Below are positions 7,483 to 17,923 of a stretch of DNA of 32,000 bases, piece by piece. The notes below the pieces were generated by a model. The model ran no database searches, had not been told where the DNA came from, and saw only the letters and a program-made list of their open reading frames with translations. This DNA comes from Oceanisphaera sp. IT1-181 (GTDB taxonomy: Bacteria; Pseudomonadota; Gammaproteobacteria; Enterobacterales; Aeromonadaceae): contig NZ_CP136856.1 of the NCBI RefSeq assembly GCF_033807535.1, positions 1,905,842 through 1,937,841 of the forward strand, given 5' to 3'. The first letter of the stretch is position 1. Each line of letters starts with the position of its first letter. The translations under genes and the position numbers were made by a program.

Positions 7483-9897
7483 GTGAACCAATTGAAATCT
7501 CTCACGCTGCTGCTCTTATGGATGCTTTGTGCTCCTTTAATGAGCGTGGCGCATGCCCAAAGCGCGACTACACCCTCTCCTGCACCTTATGAGGCGCTTG
7601 CTGAAATTTTAGAAAATGAGCAAACCCGTACTCAGCTTATTGAGCAACTGCACTTACTGTCTGAGCAGCAAAAACTGCCTGCATCACAAACCCAAGCAGC
7701 GCAAGGCTCGCCCGCAGCATCGCCTAGCGAGCAAACGGGTGAGCCTTCAAAAACGAAACAACTGGCTGACACCACCCGCAACATTGCCGGTGATATGGGC
7801 AAGCAGTTTCATAGCTTGGCCAACGTTATCCAATCACTGTTAATGGGTGATATAGATGGCGATAACGGCAACTTTAAAATGAGTAAGTTTGTTAGCGCCA
7901 GCATTAATCTGGGTTTGGTGATTATCGCCACTTGGGTAATATTTTGGCTGTTACGCCGTTTGGCCCGCCCTATCTTTACGCGTTTAAGCCATTGGTCACG
8001 CCATAGTGAAAGCATTCATGAACATAATGCCGTTACTCATAACGATAAAGCTACCAACGAAGCCAATAGCCCAAACAAAACGCCGGTTTTGCGGTTAGTG
8101 GTCGGGGTGGCTGTCGCGGCCGTAGTGGATGTATTGGCACTCGGTTTGGCGTATGCCGCGGGTAGCTTGATTGCCACCTTTGTGATTGGCCAAACCGGTG
8201 AGCTCACCACGCAGGCTTCATTATTTTTAAATGCCTTTTTGGTGATTGAGTTATTGAAGGCCGGCTTAAGAGTCTTGTTCTCGTCGGGTTATGACGGCTT
8301 GCGCTTATTGCCCATCAACGGGCAAGAAGCCCGCTACTGGAACCGCTGGTTTGCGCTGCTGATCGGCTTAGTCGGCTATGGGGTTATGGTATTGGAGCCC
8401 TTGGTCAACATTAATGTATCTCCCACCTTGAGCCAGGCCATTAATACCTTAATTATGCTGGTGGCCTTTATTTATGCGGTGATCGTTATCCTAAAGAATC
8501 GTCTGCGACTGCGCCGGGCGATTCGACTGCAAGCCGAAAAAAGTACCCTCTCTGCCGGGCAATTTAGCCTGATCTTGTTATCCCGTACTTGGCATTTAAT
8601 TGCACTGGCCTACTTTGCTACCGTGTTTGTGCTGACCCTGCTCAGCCCCGCCGAAGCACTGCCCTTTGTGCTGTATGCCACGCTGAAAACGCTGGCGGTG
8701 ATTGTGGTGGCAATTTTGTTGTCGACCTTGCTCAGCCAAACCATCGGCCGTCACATTAACTTATCGGACGATTTACGCCGTAAGCTGCCGTTGCTGGAGC
8801 CACGCATTAATAGTTATGTGCCAACGGCGCTGCGTTTTTTACGGATACTCATAGTAAGCATGGCGGTGCTGTTAGTGCTGAACGCTTGGTACATCGTGGA
8901 TTTAAACGCCTGGTATGAGTCTGAAGCTGGCGGCAAGCTAATGAGCAAAGTGATTGCCGTGGCCATTATTTTGGCGGTCGCCGCCCTGCTATGGGTGTTA
9001 TTGGCCAGCTTAATTGAGCATAAACTGAACCCCGAAACTGGATCAGGTCAGCCCTCTGCGCGCGCGCAAACGCTGTTATTGCTGTTTAGAAACGCCTTGG
9101 CCATTACCTTGGCCACCATGACCTTTATGATTGCCCTCTCACAGATTGGCATTAATATTGGCCCGCTGATCGCCGGTGCCGGTGTGCTAGGTTTGGCCAT
9201 TGGTTTTGGTGCGCAAAAACTGGTGCAAGACATAATTACCGGCGTATTTATTCAAATAGAAAATGCCATGAATACCGGTGATGTAGTGACCTTAGCGGGT
9301 ATTACTGGCACCGCCGAGCGCTTAAGCATTCGCTCGGTGGGCATACGTGATATAAACGGCACCTATCATATTATTCCCTTCTCCAGCGTAGATACGGTGT
9401 CTAACTACATGCGTGAGTTTGGTTACCATGTAGGCGTATACCGCGTGGCGTATCGCGAAAGCATAGACGCGGCCATTGAGCAGCTGCAGCTTGCCTTTGA
9501 TGAGCTGGCCGCCAATAAAGACATGAAACACGAAGTGCTGGATGCACTGGAAGTGTCGGGTGTGGTGGCCTTGGCCGACAGCTCGGTGAATATTCGGGTT
9601 CGCATTAAAACCACACCGGGTATGCAATGGGCCGTAGGGCGCGCTTATAACCGCTTAGTGAAGCAGTACTTTGAGCAGGCCGGTATCGAAATTCCGTTCC
9701 CGCACAGTACTGTTTACTTTGGCGTCGATAAAGCAGGGAGTGCACCTGCGGCTAACGTGCAGCTTATGGAGCAAGCAGTTGAGCTAGCTGCGACTGAAGA
9801 ACGCCAAGCTAAGCCCTTGAGTGTGAAGTTGAAAGCTAAATCCAGTGCTGCATCAAACCCCAGTGATGATGCCCCAATGACAACGACGACTAGTTAG
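7483..9897 (+). CDS. ybiO: MscS-family mechanosensitive channel, YbiO type
   Basis: 804 aa with a GTG start and GGAGG 5 nt upstream. It has a signal peptide (ending ...MSVAHA/QS), a multi-TM body and a C-terminal MscS core: PSARAQTLLLLFRNAL...GPLIAGAGVLGLAIGFGAQKLVQDIITGVFIQIENAMNTGDVV...SIRSVGIRD..G.YHIIPFSS. This core closely tracks my recollection of E. coli YbiO. Confidence 0.85.
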   Translation: MNQLKSLTLLLLWMLCAPLMSVAHAQSATTPSPAPYEALAEILENEQTRTQLIEQLHLLSEQQKLPASQTQAAQGSPAASPSEQTGEPSKTKQLADTTRNIAGDMGKQFHSLANVIQSLLMGDIDGDNGNFKMSKFVSASINLGLVIIATWVIFWLLRRLARPIFTRLSHWSRHSESIHEHNAVTHNDKATNEANSPNKTPVLRLVVGVAVAAVVDVLALGLAYAAGSLIATFVIGQTGELTTQASLFLNAFLVIELLKAGLRVLFSSGYDGLRLLPINGQEARYWNRWFALLIGLVGYGVMVLEPLVNINVSPTLSQAINTLIMLVAFIYAVIVILKNRLRLRRAIRLQAEKSTLSAGQFSLILLSRTWHLIALAYFATVFVLTLLSPAEALPFVLYATLKTLAVIVVAILLSTLLSQTIGRHINLSDDLRRKLPLLEPRINSYVPTALRFLRILIVSMAVLLVLNAWYIVDLNAWYESEAGGKLMSKVIAVAIILAVAALLWVLLASLIEHKLNPETGSGQPSARAQTLLLLFRNALAITLATMTFMIALSQIGINIGPLIAGAGVLGLAIGFGAQKLVQDIITGVFIQIENAMNTGDVVTLAGITGTAERLSIRSVGIRDINGTYHIIPFSSVDTVSNYMREFGYHVGVYRVAYRESIDAAIEQLQLAFDELAANKDMKHEVLDALEVSGVVALADSSVNIRVRIKTTPGMQWAVGRAYNRLVKQYFEQAGIEIPFPHSTVYFGVDKAGSAPAANVQLMEQAVELAATEERQAKPLSVKLKAKSSAASNPSDDAPMTTTTS

Positions 9898-9921
9898 TCG
9901 TTAGTTCGTTTTTATAACGTT

Positions 9922-9952
9922 AAAAGGCCACGCAATTGCGTGGCCTTTTTTT
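9922..9952. terminator. Bidirectional rho-independent terminator between convergent ybiO and the EAL gene
   Basis: aaaa-ggccacgc-aatt-gcgtggcc-ttttttt forms an 8-bp GC stem (9926-9933 with 9938-9945). An A-run flanks it on one side and a T-run on the other, so it works in both orientations. Confidence 0.8.
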
Positions 9953-9965
9953 AGTTTTTTAAAGC

Positions 9966-10763
9966 TTAGACACTACTACTCTGTTCATAAGTATCGACCA
10001 AATCAGAAAAGTTCACCTCCGGCAAATACTCAAAGCCGGGCTTGGCAAACAAGTAGCCTTGCATCAGCTCCACACCTGCTTCGCGCAGCCAATGATATTC
10101 GCCTAGGGTTTCTATGCCTTCGGCCAGTGGCGTGACGTTAAGATCGGCAAACATACTTAGGCAATTTTTGACTATGACTTGGCGTACTTTATCTTGTTGG
10201 ATGTTACGAATAAGCTCCATATCCAGCTTAATAATATCGGTTTGAAAGTCCGCTAATAAATTAAGGCCGGAATACCCCGAGCCAAAATCATCGGTGGCCG
10301 TGGTGAAATTTAGCTGCTGATAATATTCAATTACCCGCTGAATATGCTTATTATCCTCGAGCTTTTCGGTCTCAGTAAACTCAAATATAATACGCTCGAT
10401 AGGAAAGTTATGCTCTTTGGCTGCCGCAAGCGTGGTGCGTATACAACGCTCAGGTTGAGAAATAGCATTAGGCAGAAAGTTAATGCTGAGCATAGTGCTC
10501 ACCTCGAGCTTAGCTGCCAAAGCGATGGCCTTAACTCGGCACAGCTGATCAAATAAGTAGCGGTTCTCATCGTTAACCTTGGAAATAATAGAGTACGCCG
10601 ACTCATTATTTAGGCCACGAACCAGCGCCTCATAACCAAATATGGTTAAGGATTGGCAATTAATGATCGGCTGAAACGCCATGGTAAAATCAAAATCCAG
10701 CGCCTCTTTATTCACACATTGGCTACAATACACTTGCTCGCAGCCTCCTGTTTTACCGTTCAT
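9966..10763 (-). CDS. EAL-domain protein (putative c-di-GMP phosphodiesterase), stand-alone
   Basis: 265 aa carrying YEALVR, SINFLPN, EFTE, DDFGSGYSGLNLL, KLD, EGIET and QGY, which is a full set of EAL catalytic signature blocks. No GGDEF, PAS or TM domain is present. A short N-terminal Cys cluster (CEQVYCSQC) precedes the domain. Confidence 0.85.
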   Translation of the reverse strand: MNGKTGGCEQVYCSQCVNKEALDFDFTMAFQPIINCQSLTIFGYEALVRGLNNESAYSIISKVNDENRYLFDQLCRVKAIALAAKLEVSTMLSINFLPNAISQPERCIRTTLAAAKEHNFPIERIIFEFTETEKLEDNKHIQRVIEYYQQLNFTTATDDFGSGYSGLNLLADFQTDIIKLDMELIRNIQQDKVRQVIVKNCLSMFADLNVTPLAEGIETLGEYHWLREAGVELMQGYLFAKPGFEYLPEVNFSDLVDTYEQSSSV

Positions 10764-11053
10764 CAGTCTCTCCTTGTACCGCTAAAGGTCAACAGACCCT
10801 AATAACAAGCCACCGCTGTTACTGATTAAGCAAAGCTTTATAGACCTCAGCCTAGCTTACTCAAGCGAAGCGGTATAAAAAGGGCGCGAATATGAGTGTC
10901 TAGGTGAGCATTACCCTGCGATAAATACATATCGCCCTACTTTCTTGCTCATTAGTAGCAGGTTAGGTATTGATAGTGTTCATCTCATTAACCTGCTGCT
11001 TAAACAAGCTGTGCAGCTTGCTTGAGCCATGGGTAATTTTTTAAGGAATTAAC

Positions 11054-12571
11054 GTGTCCGAAACACAGCGCCCTCAGGCTCATCGACCTTGGATCTTAAC
11101 TGCATTAATGTTGTTTATGATGCTGGCTGCCATGGACGTAACCATTGTATCCACCGCAGTGCCGCAAATCGTGGCGGACTTAGGCGATTTTTCATTGTTT
11201 ACTTGGGTATTTTCAATTTATTTGCTGACGCAGACCGTCACTATTCCCGTATACGGTAAGTTGGCTGACTTATACGGTCGAAAACCGATTTTGATCTTTG
11301 GCAGTACGTTGTTTTTAGTGGGATCTGCCGCCTGTGCCTTTGCCTGGGATATGCCCAGTTTAATTGCCTTTCGTGGGCTGCAAGGTTTGGGCGCGGGCGC
11401 CATTATGGCCACCATCAACACCTTGGCCGGCGACTTATATAGCCTAGAAGAGCGCGGTCGCGTGCAAGGCTATTTGTCCAGCGTGTGGGGCATAGCCGCC
11501 ATTTCTGGTCCCATGTTAGGGGGCACCTTTGTGGAATATCTGACCTGGCACTGGATATTTTTAGTCAACCTGCCCATTGGCCTGCTGGCGATTGGCTTAC
11601 TGATGGCGTTCTTGCATGAAGACGTGGTGAAAAAGCGCCACAACATCGATTATCTCGGCTCCGCCGCCATCTTGGCCGGTGTGGGCAGTTTAATCTTTGC
11701 ACTGATGCAAGGCGGCACGGCTTGGGCTTGGGGTTCAAGCGCCAGCTTCACCGCCTTTGGTATTGCCGTTCTATTGCTGATGTTTGCGGTATGGACACAA
11801 ACTCGCGCCCTTGAGCCCATTATGCCAGGCTGGCTGTGGCGCAATCCGGCACTGGCGGGGGCAAATTTAGCCATGATCGGCATGGGCTTTATTATTATGG
11901 TACCCACCGCTTATTTACCAACCTTTACGCAATCCGTGTATGGGCTCAATGCCATTAGCGCCGGTTTAGTGCTGGCGGCCATTAGCTTGGGCTGGCCGGC
12001 GGCGTCTAGCTTGTCGGCCAAGTTGTATCTGCGCATTGGTTATCGTAATACGGCCTTGATTGGCAGTGTGCTGGTGTTATTGGCGACAGCAGGATTTTTA
12101 GTCTTTCCCTATCAAGTGTCAATTTGGGTGCTGGTGCTAGATCAGGTGTTGTTGGGTGCTGGCTTTGGTTTATTGTCGACGCCCTTATTGGTGGGCGCGC
12201 AAGCCTCGGTGGGCTGGCAACAACGCGGCGTGGTCACGGGTGCCAATATGTTCTCGCGCTTTTTAGGTCAGAGTTTGGGTATTGCGGTATTTGGTACGCT
12301 GTTTAATGGCAGTTTGACTACACAACTTGCCAAGGCACCCAATGAGCTGCGCGCGCGTTTACCTCAAGATATCGATGATGTGGTGGTCAGCTTGCAGCAA
12401 TCGGACCTGGCCGCAGATGTGGCGCTCTATCTGCGCCACAGTGTGTTTGATGCCATTTATGGCTTGTATATGGGCTTAGCGGTGGTCGCCTTGTTGGTGC
12501 TATTGGTGGTAGCGGTTAGCCCCAGACAATTTAGTAACCAGCAAACGGAAACAGTGACTGCTGATTGTTAA
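11054..12571 (+). CDS. MFS transporter, DHA2 (EmrB/QacA-like, 14-TMS) drug:H+ antiporter family
   Basis: 505 aa with a GTG start. Motifs seen are LAAMDVTIVSTAVPQI, GKLADLYGRKP (MFS motif A region), GLQGLGAGA and many hydrophobic spans. The length fits 14-TMS DHA2 members. Confidence 0.85.
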   Translation: MSETQRPQAHRPWILTALMLFMMLAAMDVTIVSTAVPQIVADLGDFSLFTWVFSIYLLTQTVTIPVYGKLADLYGRKPILIFGSTLFLVGSAACAFAWDMPSLIAFRGLQGLGAGAIMATINTLAGDLYSLEERGRVQGYLSSVWGIAAISGPMLGGTFVEYLTWHWIFLVNLPIGLLAIGLLMAFLHEDVVKKRHNIDYLGSAAILAGVGSLIFALMQGGTAWAWGSSASFTAFGIAVLLLMFAVWTQTRALEPIMPGWLWRNPALAGANLAMIGMGFIIMVPTAYLPTFTQSVYGLNAISAGLVLAAISLGWPAASSLSAKLYLRIGYRNTALIGSVLVLLATAGFLVFPYQVSIWVLVLDQVLLGAGFGLLSTPLLVGAQASVGWQQRGVVTGANMFSRFLGQSLGIAVFGTLFNGSLTTQLAKAPNELRARLPQDIDDVVVSLQQSDLAADVALYLRHSVFDAIYGLYMGLAVVALLVLLVVAVSPRQFSNQQTETVTADC

Positions 12572-12596
12572 CACTAAACTAAAGCCAAATTACAAA

Positions 12597-13036
12597 CCGT
12601 GGCGAAGTCCTCTTTACCTAAGAGACGGCCACCAACAAAAAACACCATACTCCGTAGCCGCTAATTTATTCAGCGGGCCAGCGTAGCTGGATGTTTTAAA
12701 GCAGCGCCAAATCCTAAACCACCAAAAACGGCAAACCGTAGCTCATGCTCTTTACCGAAAACAAGGCTACCTACAAGGTTAAAACCAAGCGCTAAGACCA
12801 TGGCTAAGGAGTCTTGAATCTTCCTGATTACTTATGAACCTCAGCTATTATGCGCCCTGTTTCAGTTTGTTCTTTTGTAGCTGCCGGTCTGGCTCCAAGG
12901 TCAAATGGTCTGGGTTTTGTAGCAGCCCGTCTCTTTGGTAAAGAGGACTTCGGCTGGCCAGCTTTGCTGGCTGTTACTGAGGTTTAGATTTAAACCAAAA
13001 CATAAAACCGAGCCGAATAAATTGGCTCCTACAAGA
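12597..13036. repeat. Cluster of mosaic REP-like hairpin repeats (unit A CCGTCTCTTTGGTAAAGAGGACTTCG, unit B AAAACCGAGCCGAAT...GGCTCCTACAA, CCAGCGTAGCTGG hairpins)
   Basis: Unit A occurs inverted at 12603-12628 and direct at 12927-12952. Unit B is at 12996-13036. A hybrid GTAGCCGCTAATTTATTCAGCGGGCCAGCGTAGCTGGATG is at 12655-12693. The same units in the same A-then-B order recur at 24302-24494. Confidence 0.7.
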
Positions 13037-13307
13037 GAATAGGCGCGCGACACTCTGTAAGTTATTGAATCTGTTCATTAATAATTATTGAGATATGGCT
13101 AATCATTATGGGTAATCAGGTGAATCTTTAATATCATTCTGGAAATCTAACTGTTCATCCTGCTTCGCAACACCGTCGAAGCCCTCTTCACCGAAATTAT
13201 GAGATAGATCATATTTTTACTTAGATTGGTATAAGATCCTGCAACGATAAAACCCACGTTAGTTCCGCAGTATTAATTGCCTCGCATTTTTAATCTTATC
13301 TGATCAT

Positions 13308-13340
13308 AAAAAAAGCCCCCGCAACTTGCATTGCGGGGGC
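13308..13340 (-). terminator. Rho-independent terminator of mukB
   Basis: The minus-strand RNA forms GCCCCCGCAA-UGCAAG-UUGCGGGGGC (10-bp stem, 13315-13340) followed by UUUUUUU (complement of 13308-13314). It lies 27 nt after the mukB stop. Confidence 0.85.
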
Positions 13341-13366
13341 TAAAACTTATCACTTAATAATAAAGA

Positions 13367-16300
13367 TTAAGCGGGCTCTCCGGCGAAGCCGCGTAAGCCT
13401 ACTACGTGCACTTGTTCTTGCTTGCCGTGTACCTTACGGATCAACTTATAAGTGGTGCCTTTTTCGGGGCTGATATTTTCTGGCGCGGCAATCAGCAATT
13501 GCATATCTTGGCGCTCGCAAAGCTCAAACAAGGTGGCAATGGATCGCGTATCTAGGCGCGCCGCCTCATCTAAGAATAATAAGCGACACGGCAATACCTC
13601 ACGGCTGCGCAAATGACGGGACTCTTCTTCCCAGCTTTGCAGTACCATCAGCAAAATTGCCTGGCCAGTACCGATTGCTTCACCAGTAGACAGCGCGCCA
13701 CTTTCGGCGCGCAGCCAACCGTCGGCCCCGCGCTGTACTTCGATATCCAGATCCAAATAATTGCGATAATCCAGCAAGGCTTGGCCTAATACCTGCGGGC
13801 TGCGATCACCTTGTTCAAGCTGCGGATTGATGCGCTGGAACAACTTGCCCATGGCTTCGGAGAAGCTCATTTCTTTGCTGCCAAACAAGTCTTGATGGCG
13901 GCCTTCTTTATCGCTCAGGGCTTCTAACAAACGGGCATAAGTGTCGCGAATATTCACGTTTAAGCGCACGCCCCCCACCAAACCAAAGCTGATATTTTGC
14001 AGGCCTTGGTTGAGTTGGCGAATACGGTTTTGCTCACGCCTAATGATGGTATTAATTTTTGCCGCCACTTCATGGGACGACAACGACAACTGACCTTCGC
14101 GCTGTTGCAGCTCGTCGGCTAAGCGGCCCAGCTCTACTTCCATTTCTTCCAGCGCTTCTACTGGGTCGTCGGCCCGAATAATATCGTGGCGAATACGCGC
14201 TTTAAGATGGCTAAACACCAGCACATAAAACTGCACTTTTTGCAGGGTATTGCGCTGGCCTTCACTGATGCGTAGCGCATCGCGCAGCTCTTCATCGTTA
14301 GCCACCGCCATGCGCAGCGCGCCTAAGGCTTTATCAGAAATAGAGCGCAGCTCATCAGCATCTAAATAAGCGAGTTCGGGCTTAGCGAGGCGACGCTCTA
14401 CATCGTTATCACGAGCTAAGCGCACCACGGTCGCCCAATTGGCTTTATGATTGACCAGCGCCTTGCGCGCAGCAAAATAGCCTTGACCGTCTTTGCCTAA
14501 GCGTTGACTGAGCGATTCAATCTCGCGCTTACACACTTGGCGCTGAGCCTCGGTTTGGCTACGACGGCTGCGGGTGTGTACCAATTCGCTTTCGCGTTCA
14601 CGCTTATTACTGAGCGCTTTTTCTTCCATGTCGTCAGACAAGCTAATGCCAAGTGCGGCAAACTCTTCTTTAAATTCAGTCAAAGTTTGATTACGGGCAC
14701 TATGGCCGGTCACCAAGGCGGTGCGTGCTTGCAGTGCATCGGTAACGCGACCGCTCAGTTGCTCAACACGAATGTTTGCCTTACGTCTGGCGTCTTCTGC
14801 CTGCACTAATTTGGCTTTTAAGCTGTCGTTCATGGCCGAGCTTTGATCTAATAACTGCTCCGCATCCGCATAGGCCAAGTGCGGCAAGCGGGCCACTAAC
14901 TGCGTCAATGCATAAGTGCGGGTGCGGGCTTCGGTCAGCTCGGCTTCGGCTGCCAATACTTGTTGCTGCAGCTGCTCAAACTCGGCGGGATCTTGGCGTA
15001 ATACTTGTACTTGCTCCGCCAAGCGGCCTAATTTTTGGCCGTGTGCGGCCATAAAGTCGCGGGCTTGGGTCAGGGCATCTTGTTCAGCAGTGGCCGCCGC
15101 TAAACGCGCTTCGGCTTCAGGCTCATTTAAGTACTCGGCCAAGGGCAATAAGCGTTGCAACAGCGTTTGTTGGCCGCGCACTTGCTCACGCTTGGCTTGC
15201 CATTGCTGCAGTTCACTTTGGCTGTTACTTAATTCTTCATCCAACTGCGCTTGACTGGCGCTGAGTTGCTCGAGCTCGGCTTCTGGGTTTGGCCCAAACG
15301 CATCCTGCATGCCTTGGCTCACAAATTCGCTTAGCTGATGATACAAGCGACTTTGTTTTTGCTGATTAAAGGCCGACTCGGCGTACTGAGCGTTGCTGGT
15401 TTCTAACTCAAGATTCAGCTGGCCAATTTTCGCCTCGCGCGCCGCGCGGCCAAATAAGGGCTCTGTGGTAAAGCGCGAATAGCGCAATTGGCGCTCGCCG
15501 TTTTTCACCCAAATTGCGTTACCCAGCTCGGTGGCGTGCAATACATCTTCATCGAAGGCATCTGGGTTGCCTTGGATCAGATACACATCTGCAGGGCAAG
15601 ACTCTAGCGCTTGCAGTTGCTCAAGGGCAGCTTGCGGATCCTGCACTACTATGCCGTTACGAGCCGGGCCGTACAGCGCCTCATAATAAGGGGCATCTTC
15701 TACCGCGATATCGTCATACACATCCGCCAGTAAGGTGCCGCCTAATTGCTCACACAAGGCGATAAGGCGTGGATCTGCATCACTGCCGCCGTGCAAGCCG
15801 CGCACTTGTAGCTCTAATTGCTGCTTGGTGTGCAGCGCTTGTTGCTTAAGCTGCTCGGCACCGTGCTCGGCACGCAAAGCCTGTTGCATGGCGGCGGTAA
15901 CTTCAGAGGCGTCCAATAACGGCAAATCTGATAACTCACGCAGCCTAACTAATTGCTGCTGAGCCTTATGCCACGCCGGTGCTTGAACGCGCAGTGCCGC
16001 CACTTTGGGGGCAATAAGGTTGCGCTGAGCCTGAAACTGGCGTTGTTCATCGGCACAATCGGCAAAGTGGGCTTCCAGTTCAATGCGTTGCTCGTCCAGC
16101 TCAGCGAGCTGCATTTCCAGCTCGTCCGCGTCATTCACCTGTCGGCCTAACTGCGCTAATTCAGCTTGCAACGCTTGTGCTTTATGACGCTTATCGAGGT
16201 TTTGCGACGCTTGGGCATATTGCTGGCGAATACTGGTTTCGCGCGCCAGCAACGCCTGATACTCACGGCCTTGCTCGAGTAATTGATTGGCGCGCACAAA

Positions 16301-17923
16301 AGCCTGCGCCCGCTCTACATTGGCGTCTATGCCTTTTAATAACGCTAAGGCATGATCGTATTGGGCCCGTGCCGCTTCGGCTAACGAAAGATGCTGGCGC
16401 TGCTCAAGCACCACGCTGGTTAATGCTTGCTCTTGGGCAAGGTGGGCTTGTTCTTCAGTTTTTGCCGATTCTGGCGTCAGATCCGGTAAACCACAGGCCA
16501 CCTTCGCCTCGCCGAGGGCGTTGCGCGCTTGGCGATATTGAATGGCGCGGGTTTGTTGGGTGTCGAGCGCTTGCTGATAATCCGCCAACTGGCTTTTTAG
16601 GCTGTCGACTTCTTCATCCGCCGCACCCTTAGTAGTAACCGCCAGATCGTGCTCGTCTTGCAGCTCGGCTAAGGTTTCTTCTTGAATGGCCAGCTTCTCG
16701 GCCAGCTCATCTAATTCATATTGATAGCTTTGAATTTTTTCATTGAGCTTAACGCCGTTTAATACTCGCGCTAAGTGCTCGGAAGCCATGTCTAATTCTT
16801 GGGTTAACATGCGCTCGTGGGCGCCCAACTGCTCCAGCTCGTCCGCCAGATAAATCAGCCGCTCGCGCTCTTCGGCCAAGATATTACGCTCGTGAGTCAA
16901 GGCTTTGCGCGCCGATAATGCTTGCTCAGACAGGCGCTTTTTCTCGGCGCTGTTACGCACATAATCCGCCGCCACATAGTGGGTGGTTTCGGTGATCAGT
17001 TGGCGAAATACATCACGCTGGCGCTGGGTTTCACGAATCGCTTCTAGGGTGCGGCGGTTTTCAAAGATGGCCGCTTCCATATCGTTAAACGCTTGGCGAA
17101 TACCGGCGTTTTCTGGCAATAAGTAATCTTTAAGGCTGCGACTAATAGTGCTGGAAATACCGCCATAGAGCGAAGCCTCAATCAGACGATAAAACTTAAC
17201 GCGGTCGCGCTGATCTTTAAGTTTGCGCGGCGTGACACCCACATCAAACAAGAAGTTGTGATATTCGGATACGGTATTAAAACGGGTAAATTGCAGGTCA
17301 CAAGCAATGGCCGCGGCTTTCAATTCATTGAGCGAGCGCACCTGACCACGACCGTCTTCAAGCTGAGCTAACAACAGCTCGGTGGGCTTAATCTTGTCTA
17401 AGTCACCGAGACTAGCTCCGCGCACGCTAAAGGCGGTGAGATTCACCTTGTTATCGCGGTTTGCTACTTGCTCTAGGTGCACACCAAACCAGACGCGCTC
17501 GCCCTGAGAGGTATTAATCTCGATCATGGAATAGCAATGGCCGCGCTGCAGCTTGCCGTATAGGCCTTTGTCGCGACTGCCAGATTGACTGCCCGCTTCG
17601 GTAGTATTACGAAAATGCAGTAGGCTTAAGTCAGGGATCAGCGCGGCAATAAAAGCGGCCATAGTGGTGGACTTACCGGCGCCGTTACCGCCAGAAAGCG
17701 TGGTCACAAGCGTGTCCAGCTCAAAGGTGCGAGCAAAAAAACCGTTCCAGTTGACCATGGTCAGCGAGTGGAATTTACCACGTACAAAGTCGCTCGCCGC
17801 AGGCTCGGCTTCTTGTTCAAATTCGGGCGACGCACTCAGGGTGAGCAGCTCTTCATTAGCATGAGCGAGCACATTCTCAGGCAAGGTATCGGTCGCAGAC
17901 GTATTATTTATATGAGTGCTCAC
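13367..17923 (-). CDS. mukB: Chromosome partition (condensin) protein MukB
   Basis: 1518 aa with N-terminal Walker [17 protein letters not shown]. Very long Q/E/A/L-rich coiled-coil arms surround a hinge. The C-terminal head carries LSTGEAIG and Walker [12 protein letters not shown]. The start overlaps the mukE stop by 4 nt. Confidence 0.97.
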   Translation of the reverse strand: MSTHINNTSATDTLPENVLAHANEELLTLSASPEFEQEAEPAASDFVRGKFHSLTMVNWNGFFARTFELDTLVTTLSGGNGAGKSTTMAAFIAALIPDLSLLHFRNTTEAGSQSGSRDKGLYGKLQRGHCYSMIEINTSQGERVWFGVHLEQVANRDNKVNLTAFSVRGASLGDLDKIKPTELLLAQLEDGRGQVRSLNELKAAAIACDLQFTRFNTVSEYHNFLFDVGVTPRKLKDQRDRVKFYRLIEASLYGGISSTISRSLKDYLLPENAGIRQAFNDMEAAIFENRRTLEAIRETQRQRDVFRQLITETTHYVAADYVRNSAEKKRLSEQALSARKALTHERNILAEERERLIYLADELEQLGAHERMLTQELDMASEHLARVLNGVKLNEKIQSYQYELDELAEKLAIQEETLAELQDEHDLAVTTKGAADEEVDSLKSQLADYQQALDTQQTRAIQYRQARNALGEAKVACGLPDLTPESAKTEEQAHLAQEQALTSVVLEQRQHLSLAEAARAQYDHALALLKGIDANVERAQAFVRANQLLEQGREYQALLARETSIRQQYAQASQNLDKRHKAQALQAELAQLGRQVNDADELEMQLAELDEQRIELEAHFADCADEQRQFQAQRNLIAPKVAALRVQAPAWHKAQQQLVRLRELSDLPLLDASEVTAAMQQALRAEHGAEQLKQQALHTKQQLELQVRGLHGGSDADPRLIALCEQLGGTLLADVYDDIAVEDAPYYEALYGPARNGIVVQDPQAALEQLQALESCPADVYLIQGNPDAFDEDVLHATELGNAIWVKNGERQLRYSRFTTEPLFGRAAREAKIGQLNLELETSNAQYAESAFNQQKQSRLYHQLSEFVSQGMQDAFGPNPEAELEQLSASQAQLDEELSNSQSELQQWQAKREQVRGQQTLLQRLLPLAEYLNEPEAEARLAAATAEQDALTQARDFMAAHGQKLGRLAEQVQVLRQDPAEFEQLQQQVLAAEAELTEARTRTYALTQLVARLPHLAYADAEQLLDQSSAMNDSLKAKLVQAEDARRKANIRVEQLSGRVTDALQARTALVTGHSARNQTLTEFKEEFAALGISLSDDMEEKALSNKRERESELVHTRSRRSQTEAQRQVCKREIESLSQRLGKDGQGYFAARKALVNHKANWATVVRLARDNDVERRLAKPELAYLDADELRSISDKALGALRMAVANDEELRDALRISEGQRNTLQKVQFYVLVFSHLKARIRHDIIRADDPVEALEEMEVELGRLADELQQREGQLSLSSHEVAAKINTIIRREQNRIRQLNQGLQNISFGLVGGVRLNVNIRDTYARLLEALSDKEGRHQDLFGSKEMSFSEAMGKLFQRINPQLEQGDRSPQVLGQALLDYRNYLDLDIEVQRGADGWLRAESGALSTGEAIGTGQAILLMVLQSWEEESRHLRSREVLPCRLLFLDEAARLDTRSIATLFELCERQDMQLLIAAPENISPEKGTTYKLIRKVHGKQEQVHVVGLRGFAGEPA

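Noticed and set aside
14504-16632. Series of plus-strand track ORFs (14504-14809, 14776-15054, 14916-15254, 15514-15765, 15735-15962, 15953-16150, 16177-16632) antisense to mukB
   Set aside because: They are shadow ORFs. They are Ala/Arg/Cys/Ser-rich and low-complexity, as expected from the antisense of a Q/E/A/L-rich coiled-coil gene. They lack ribosome-binding sites and are fully contained in a confidently identified gene.
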